Shown in pieces: positions 8,237-12,713 of a stretch of 12,713 bases of DNA. Where the stretch lies: assembly GCA_964453345.1 (NCBI GenBank), contig CAYVOC010000039.1, positions 1 to 12,713 on the forward strand, given 5' to 3'. The position numbers and the translations under genes are program-made. Under the pieces are notes generated by a model that did no database searches, was not told the origin of the DNA, and saw only the letters and a list, made by a program, of their open reading frames with translations. Position 1 is the first letter of the stretch. Each line of letters starts with the position of its first letter. Origin of the DNA: an uncultured Aquificales bacterium. Lineage in GTDB: Bacteria > Thermosulfidibacterota > Thermosulfidibacteria > Thermosulfidibacterales > Thermosulfidibacteraceae.

Positions 8237-8941
8237 ATGACAGGTATGGGCGAGCCTGTGTATCCCATAGGGGTTGTTAGCAGGCTGTTGGGGGTTCATC
8301 CCCGTATGCTGAGGATCTATGAGAAGGAGGGGCTTGTTAAGCCTGCTCGGATTGGGGGAAAGCGCTATTACAGAGAGAGCGATCTTCAGAAGCTTAGATG
8401 CATAAGGCTGCTTCTCGAGGAGGGGGTGAACATAGCGGGGATAAAGAGGCTCCTTTCGGTTGCCCCCTGCTGGAGGGTTATAGGATGCCCGGACAAGAAG
8501 AGGCTTTCCTGTGCCTATTTTAGAGAACATGGGAGGTGGAGAATGAGAATAGCCTTTGCTACTGAAGCTCCCGGTGGTCTTGAAGCGGAGATAGCTTACC
8601 ATTTCAGAAGAGCACCCTTCTTCACCTTTGTGGATCTGGATGAGGATGGGGAGATCCTGTCGGTGGAGGTGCTTGAGAATCCGGCGCTTAATGTCCACAG
8701 GCCCTTCGTGGTTCCGTCCTTTATCAAACAGCAGGGTGCCGATGTGATAGTTGCCGGTGGTATGGGTGAAAGGGCCAAGCTCTTCTTTGAGCAGGAGGGG
8801 ATAGAGCCCGTTACCGGTGCTCAGGGAAGGGTGGTGGATGTGCTATCCGCCATCCTTAAGGGAGAGAGGTTTGGTGATAATCTGTGTGATAAGGAGGAGG
8901 GCCATGAGGGTATGTGTCACGGCCACGGCGGCGGGGCTTGA
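8237..8941 (+). CDS. HspR-like MerR-family HTH regulator with Cys motif, fused to a NifB/NifX (dinitrogenase FeMo-co binding / MTH1175) domain
   Basis: YPIGVVSRLLGVHPRMLRIYEKEGLVKPAR...GVNIAGIKRLL, then PCWRVIGCPDKKRLSCAY, then MRIAFAT...HFRRAPFF...ENP...ADVIVAGGMGERA. Start could be 8237 or 8246. Confidence 0.85.
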   Translation: MTGMGEPVYPIGVVSRLLGVHPRMLRIYEKEGLVKPARIGGKRYYRESDLQKLRCIRLLLEEGVNIAGIKRLLSVAPCWRVIGCPDKKRLSCAYFREHGRWRMRIAFATEAPGGLEAEIAYHFRRAPFFTFVDLDEDGEILSVEVLENPALNVHRPFVVPSFIKQQGADVIVAGGMGERAKLFFEQEGIEPVTGAQGRVVDVLSAILKGERFGDNLCDKEEGHEGMCHGHGGGA

Positions 8942-9350
8942 TGCTCAGGTTGATCCCCGTTTCGGCAGGGCCCAGTATTTTGTCTTTGTGGATACTGATA
9001 CCATGGATTGCGAAAGTGTGCCCAATCCTAATGTGAACGCCTACGGAGGCGCCGGTATCCAGTCCGCTCAGCTTGTGGTTGATAGAGGAGCTGAGGTGGT
9101 TATCACGGGCCATGTTGGTCCCAATGCTTCAAAGGCGCTTGAAGAGGCGAAGGTGAAGGTCCTGACCGGTTTCCAGGGAATGACCGTGAGGGAGGCTGTT
9201 GAGAGGTTTAAAGGCGGTGGGGTTGAGGTGGAATCCCGAGAGGGCCGGGACACTTCTGTTCCTGATGAGAAGGAGAGGATCAGAAGAGAAATAGAGGAAC
9301 TTAAAAGAAGAATAGCGGAGCTTGAGAGGAGATTGGAGGGAATAGATTGA
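8904..9350 (+). CDS. NifB/NifX family (Orange-protein/MTH1175-like) protein with C-terminal coiled coil
   Basis: MRVCVTA...VDPRFGRAQYF...NPN...GGAGIQSAQ...VITGHVGPNA. Start reassigned to ATG 8904 behind AAGGAGGAGG (8891-8900). Tail EKERIRREIEELKRRIAELERRLE. Confidence 0.88.
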   Translation: MRVCVTATAAGLDAQVDPRFGRAQYFVFVDTDTMDCESVPNPNVNAYGGAGIQSAQLVVDRGAEVVITGHVGPNASKALEEAKVKVLTGFQGMTVREAVERFKGGGVEVESREGRDTSVPDEKERIRREIEELKRRIAELERRLEGID

Positions 9351-10180
9351 AGATAGCCGTTGTTAGCGGCAAGGGTGGGGTGGGGAAGACCAGTGTTGCG
9401 GTTTCCCTTGTGCTTGCCCGGGGATCCGGGACCATTGTGGACTGCGATGTGGAAGAGCCCAATGTGGCTCTGTTGCTCAACCCTGTGATAGAGGGAAGAG
9501 AGGTTGCCAAAAAACCCGTTCCTAAGGTGATGGAGGATCTTTGTGATCGCTGTAAAGTGTGCGCTGAAGCCTGTCAGTTTAACGCCATAATGGTTCTGCC
9601 AAATACCGTAATAATCTTTGAAAAGATGTGCCATTCCTGCGGTGTTTGCAGCTATGTATGCCCGAAGGGTGCCATAAGGGAGGAAGAGAGGGATATAGGT
9701 GAAATAGAGTGGGGGAGGTGCGGCAACATCTTATACTGGGGTGGCAGGTTGAATATCGGGGAGGCCATGGCCACTCCCCTTATATCGGCTGTGAAGAAGA
9801 GGGCCGCGGGGGATCCTGTGGTTGTGGATTCCCCGCCTGGGATAACCTGCCCCATGGTGGAGGCCGTGGAAGGATCCGACTTTGTGGTTGTTGTGGCGGA
9901 GTCCTCCGCCTTTGGATTGCACGACTTCAGGCTTTTGAGGGAGTATATTTCGGGGATGGATGTTCCCTTTGGAGTTCTGGAAAACAAGCTCGGCATGAGC
10001 CCCTATCCCGTTATAGAGGAGTTTTGCCGGAAGGAGGGGTTGCTTTACCTTGGAGCCATACCCTACAGAAGTGATTTTGCCTCCGCCTATGCCGAAGGGA
10101 TCCCCCTGATCAATGCAGATGCCACCTTGAGGGATCTGTTTGAGGATATATGGCGAAGGATAGAGGTTGAGGCGTCATGA
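9347..10180 (+). CDS. MinD-superfamily P-loop ATPase with inserted 2x[4Fe-4S] ferredoxin domain (paralog 1)
   Basis: [59 protein letters not shown] start in a TTGA overlap, with GGAGG SD. Confidence 0.9.
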   Translation: MKIAVVSGKGGVGKTSVAVSLVLARGSGTIVDCDVEEPNVALLLNPVIEGREVAKKPVPKVMEDLCDRCKVCAEACQFNAIMVLPNTVIIFEKMCHSCGVCSYVCPKGAIREEERDIGEIEWGRCGNILYWGGRLNIGEAMATPLISAVKKRAAGDPVVVDSPPGITCPMVEAVEGSDFVVVVAESSAFGLHDFRLLREYISGMDVPFGVLENKLGMSPYPVIEEFCRKEGLLYLGAIPYRSDFASAYAEGIPLINADATLRDLFEDIWRRIEVEAS

Positions 10181-11034
10181 GGGAGATAGTCGTTGTCAGC
10201 GGCAAGGGTGGCACCGGAAAGACGACCCTGACCAGTTCCTTTGCTCTTTTGGGAAATGATAAGGTGATTGTGGATGCGGATGTCGATGCACCCGATCTGC
10301 ATATAATTCTATCTCCGCGGGTCATAGAGGCCTACACATTCAAAGGGCATAGGGTTGCAAGGATAAGAAAGGATCTGTGTGATGAATGCGGGTTGTGCAG
10401 GGAGCTGTGCAGGTTTGATGCCATAGATGAGGGGTTCTCGGTTGATGAGATCCTATGTGAGGGATGCGCCCTTTGCTACTTTGCCTGTCCCCGGGATGCG
10501 GTGGATATGGTGGAGAGGGAGTCGGGGGTCTGGTTCGTCGCTCAGGCGAAAAACGGATCTATAATGGTTCATGCGAGGCTTTATCCGGGAGAGGAGAACT
10601 CGGGAAAGCTCATAACCACCTTGAAGAACAGGGCGAGGGAGATCGCTCAGGACCAGGGAACAGACCTTATACTTGTGGATGGTCCTCCTGGCATAGGCTG
10701 TCCTGTGATCTCTTCCGTTACCGGTGCCACCGATCTTGTTGCGGTGGTTGAACCTACATTGTCCGGAATACATGATGCGGAAAGATTGCTTGAGCTTGCC
10801 AAACACTTTGGAGTCAGGGTCTGGGTGGTGGTGAATCGTTTCGACATAAACATGGAGCTATGTCAGAGGATAGAGGAGTGGGCGTCCTCGAAGGGTGTAA
10901 ATTTTCTTGGGAGGATCCCGACGGATCCTGAAATACCGAAGCTGCAGATGGAGGGCAAAGCGCCCGTCGAGGGTGATTGCCTTTCGGGGGAGATGATAGC
11001 CGAGATCTGGGAAAAACTTCTTGAGGAGGTGTAG
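10177..11034 (+). CDS. MinD-superfamily P-loop ATPase with inserted 2x[4Fe-4S] ferredoxin domain (paralog 2)
   Basis: [72 protein letters not shown]. Confidence 0.9.
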   Translation: MREIVVVSGKGGTGKTTLTSSFALLGNDKVIVDADVDAPDLHIILSPRVIEAYTFKGHRVARIRKDLCDECGLCRELCRFDAIDEGFSVDEILCEGCALCYFACPRDAVDMVERESGVWFVAQAKNGSIMVHARLYPGEENSGKLITTLKNRAREIAQDQGTDLILVDGPPGIGCPVISSVTGATDLVAVVEPTLSGIHDAERLLELAKHFGVRVWVVVNRFDINMELCQRIEEWASSKGVNFLGRIPTDPEIPKLQMEGKAPVEGDCLSGEMIAEIWEKLLEEV

Positions 11035-11036
11035 AG

Positions 11037-11915
11037 ATGGCCGAGTGTGGCGATAGGGTCTGCTCCACCTGTCCCAATGCGTCGAGCTGTTCTCAGCAGG
11101 AGCAGATGAAACATCAGGAGGAGCTTCTTAGAAAGCGCATGGAGAAGATAAAGCACAAAATTATGGTTATGAGCGGCAAGGGCGGTGTGGGTAAGACCAC
11201 CGTTTCGGTGAACCTTGCCCTTGAACTTGCAAGAAGGAAATTTAAAGTGGGGCTTCTTGACGCAGATATTCACGGTCCCAATGTTCCTCTAATGCTTGGC
11301 TTGGAAGGCGCCCGTCTGGAGGTTGGTGAAGAGGGGATAGAGCCTATAGTGATAGGCGATGGGGAGTTGAAGGTTGTATCCATGAGTTTTCTGTTGCAGA
11401 GCCCTGACACCCCGGTGATATGGAGGGGGCCCCTTAAGATGGGAGCCCTGAGACAGTTTTTGAGTGAGGTCAACTGGGGAGAGCTCGACTTTCTCATAGT
11501 GGATCTGCCTCCGGGAACCGGAGATGAGCCCTTAAGCATAGCCCAGCTAATAAAGGGACTGGACGGTTCCATAATAGTTACCACGCCCCAGGAGGTTGCC
11601 CTTCTCGATTCGAGAAAGAGTGTAAATTTCTCCAAAAAACTCGGTGTTCCCGTTCTCGGTATCATAGAGAACATGAGCGGTTTTGTGTGCCCCCATTGTG
11701 GGAAGGAGGTTGCTCTCTTTAAGGTGGGAGGTGGTGAGAAGGCGGCCAAGGAGCATGGGGTTCCGTTCCTCGGCAGGATTCCCGTTGATCCCAAGATAGT
11801 TGAGATAGAGGATTCTGGAAGGTTAATCTTTGAGGTGGGTTCTGATTCGCCCTTCTTTAGGGCTTTTAGGGAAATAGTCGATAGACTCCTTGAGAGATTG
11901 GGGGAGAAGAAATGA
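11037..11915 (+). CDS. mrp: Mrp/ApbC/Nbp35-family Fe-S cluster carrier ATPase
   Basis: [51 protein letters not shown], plus an N-terminal 4-Cys motif. Confidence 0.93.
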   Translation: MAECGDRVCSTCPNASSCSQQEQMKHQEELLRKRMEKIKHKIMVMSGKGGVGKTTVSVNLALELARRKFKVGLLDADIHGPNVPLMLGLEGARLEVGEEGIEPIVIGDGELKVVSMSFLLQSPDTPVIWRGPLKMGALRQFLSEVNWGELDFLIVDLPPGTGDEPLSIAQLIKGLDGSIIVTTPQEVALLDSRKSVNFSKKLGVPVLGIIENMSGFVCPHCGKEVALFKVGGGEKAAKEHGVPFLGRIPVDPKIVEIEDSGRLIFEVGSDSPFFRAFREIVDRLLERLGEKK

Positions 11916-12493
11916 AATGCGCAAAGTGCGAAAGCCTTGAGTGTTACAGGGGGAAGGATTGCTTCGGTTACGCCGAAAAGAGCCTTGAGTGCTATAGAGA
12001 GAACGATACGGCCCGCAGGATCTCTGAGGTAGCCACCTCCATAGAGAGCGATGGCTATATGAAGTGGTGCAGGGTCTATGAGGTTGTGGAATTTGCAAAG
12101 CGTATGGGCTTCAAGCATTTGGGTATTGCCTTCTGCGTGGGGATGGTGAAGGAGGCAAGGGCTCTTCAGGAGATACTTGAGAAGGAGGGTTTCCAGGTAA
12201 CCTCTGTGTGTTGCAAGATGGGCGGGATAATGAAGGAGTTGCTCGGTTTCAAAAAGATAAAACAGGACAGGCCTGAGGCCATATGCAACTCCATAGGACA
12301 GGCCCTCGCATTGAACGATGCGGGCACGGAATTGAACCTGATAGTTGGGTTGTGCGTGGGACATGACATAGTTTTCAGCATGTATTCTAACGCTCCTGTT
12401 ACCACTGTAATTGTTAAGGACAGGGTTTTGGCCCACAATCCCGCGGGTGCCCTTTACAGCGGTTATTACAGAAAGAACGTGTTTGGGGTGTAG
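11912..12493 (+). CDS. DUF1847-type Cys-rich putative metal-binding protein
   Basis: CAKC..C N-terminus, [13 protein letters not shown]...[39 protein letters not shown]. Confidence 0.85.
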   Translation: MKCAKCESLECYRGKDCFGYAEKSLECYRENDTARRISEVATSIESDGYMKWCRVYEVVEFAKRMGFKHLGIAFCVGMVKEARALQEILEKEGFQVTSVCCKMGGIMKELLGFKKIKQDRPEAICNSIGQALALNDAGTELNLIVGLCVGHDIVFSMYSNAPVTTVIVKDRVLAHNPAGALYSGYYRKNVFGV

Positions 12494-12495
12494 AG

Positions 12496-12713
12496 ATGCC
12501 CTTTATAGTCAGGCCGGATCTGTGTGTGGGGTGCGGCAAATGTGAGAGGGTGTGTCCGAACGGTGCCATCTCTGTTATAAACAAAAAGGCCGTGATAAAC
12601 TATGCACGCTGCGAGTGTTGCGGGATTTGCGCAACAGAATGCCCTAAGAACGCAATAGACTTCGTCCCGGGAAGACTAATCTGGGGCAGAGGAAGAGGTA
12701 GGGGGAGGGGAAG
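12496..12713 (+). CDS. 2x[4Fe-4S] dicluster ferredoxin with Gly-Arg tail (3' end beyond window; not in ORF track)
   Basis: Manual translation: [72 protein letters not shown]..., with two CxxCxxCxxxCP motifs. Starts 2 nt after the upstream stop. Confidence 0.9.
   Translation, partial: MPFIVRPDLCVGCGKCERVCPNGAISVINKKAVINYARCECCGICATECPKNAIDFVPGRLIWGRGRGRGRG

Noticed and set aside
8817-8903. N-terminal extension of the second NifX ORF given in the track
   Set aside because: The family N-terminus and a strong SD point to ATG 8904; the extension lies inside the upstream gene.
8543-9350. Nitrogen fixation locus, suggested by NifB/NifX domains and ntrYX
   Set aside because: No nifH/D/K/E/N or radical-SAM NifB is present, and these domains are widespread in non-diazotrophs.
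9352-10211. Near-identical ~27-nt repeat at the 5' ends of the two ATPases (AGCGGCAAGGGTGG core at 9365 and 10198, similar in mrp)
   Set aside because: Explained by the conserved SGKGG deviant Walker A in paralogues; not an independent DNA repeat.
11270-12436. 388-aa antisense ORF, plus other long shadow ORFs (7103-8041, 5546-6265, 4016-4639, 937-1536, 9068-9634)
   Set aside because: They lie opposite well-supported genes, show S/P/L-rich antisense composition and have no recognisable motifs.
12669-12713. G-rich tract as a potential G-quadruplex or simple repeat
   Set aside because: Accounted for by Gly-Arg codons; loops between G-runs are long and the tract is truncated by the window.
1-12713. 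CRISPR arrays, tRNA/rRNA, IS elements, integrases, selenocysteine read-through
   Set aside because: Intergenic gaps are all under about 70 nt, no spaced repeats or transposase motifs were seen, and no TGA interrupts a conserved Cys motif.

Overview
This is a gene-dense bacterial window. Frequent AGG/AGA and ATA codons, E/K-rich proteins and many Fe-S proteins suggest a thermophilic anaerobe (inference). It has three blocks. (1) A Prx6-type peroxiredoxin (+) converges on adenine deaminase (-) across an intrinsic terminator. (2) A divergent, tightly overlapping operon runs: probable DUF4390-like exported protein, NtrY-like kinase, NtrX-like regulator lacking the sigma54-contacting GAFTGA loop, purM, purN. 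(3) From about 8205 to beyond the window end lies a translationally coupled Fe-S/metallocluster operon. It encodes an HspR-like MerR regulator with a CW-x4-C-x7-C motif fused in frame to a NifB/NifX (MTH1175/Orange-protein) domain, a second NifB/NifX protein with a coiled-coil tail, two MinD-like ATPases with inserted ferredoxin domains, an Mrp/ApbC carrier with an Nbp35-like N-terminal Cys motif, a DUF1847-type protein and an unlisted 2x[4Fe-4S] ferredoxin with a Gly-Arg tail. Block 3 resembles the Desulfovibrio ORP cluster but appears to be controlled by a different regulator via a HAIR-geometry palindrome over its -35. It is the best candidate for an undescribed system. No RNA genes, CRISPR arrays or mobile elements were seen. 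All family assignments are by motif recognition, not database search.
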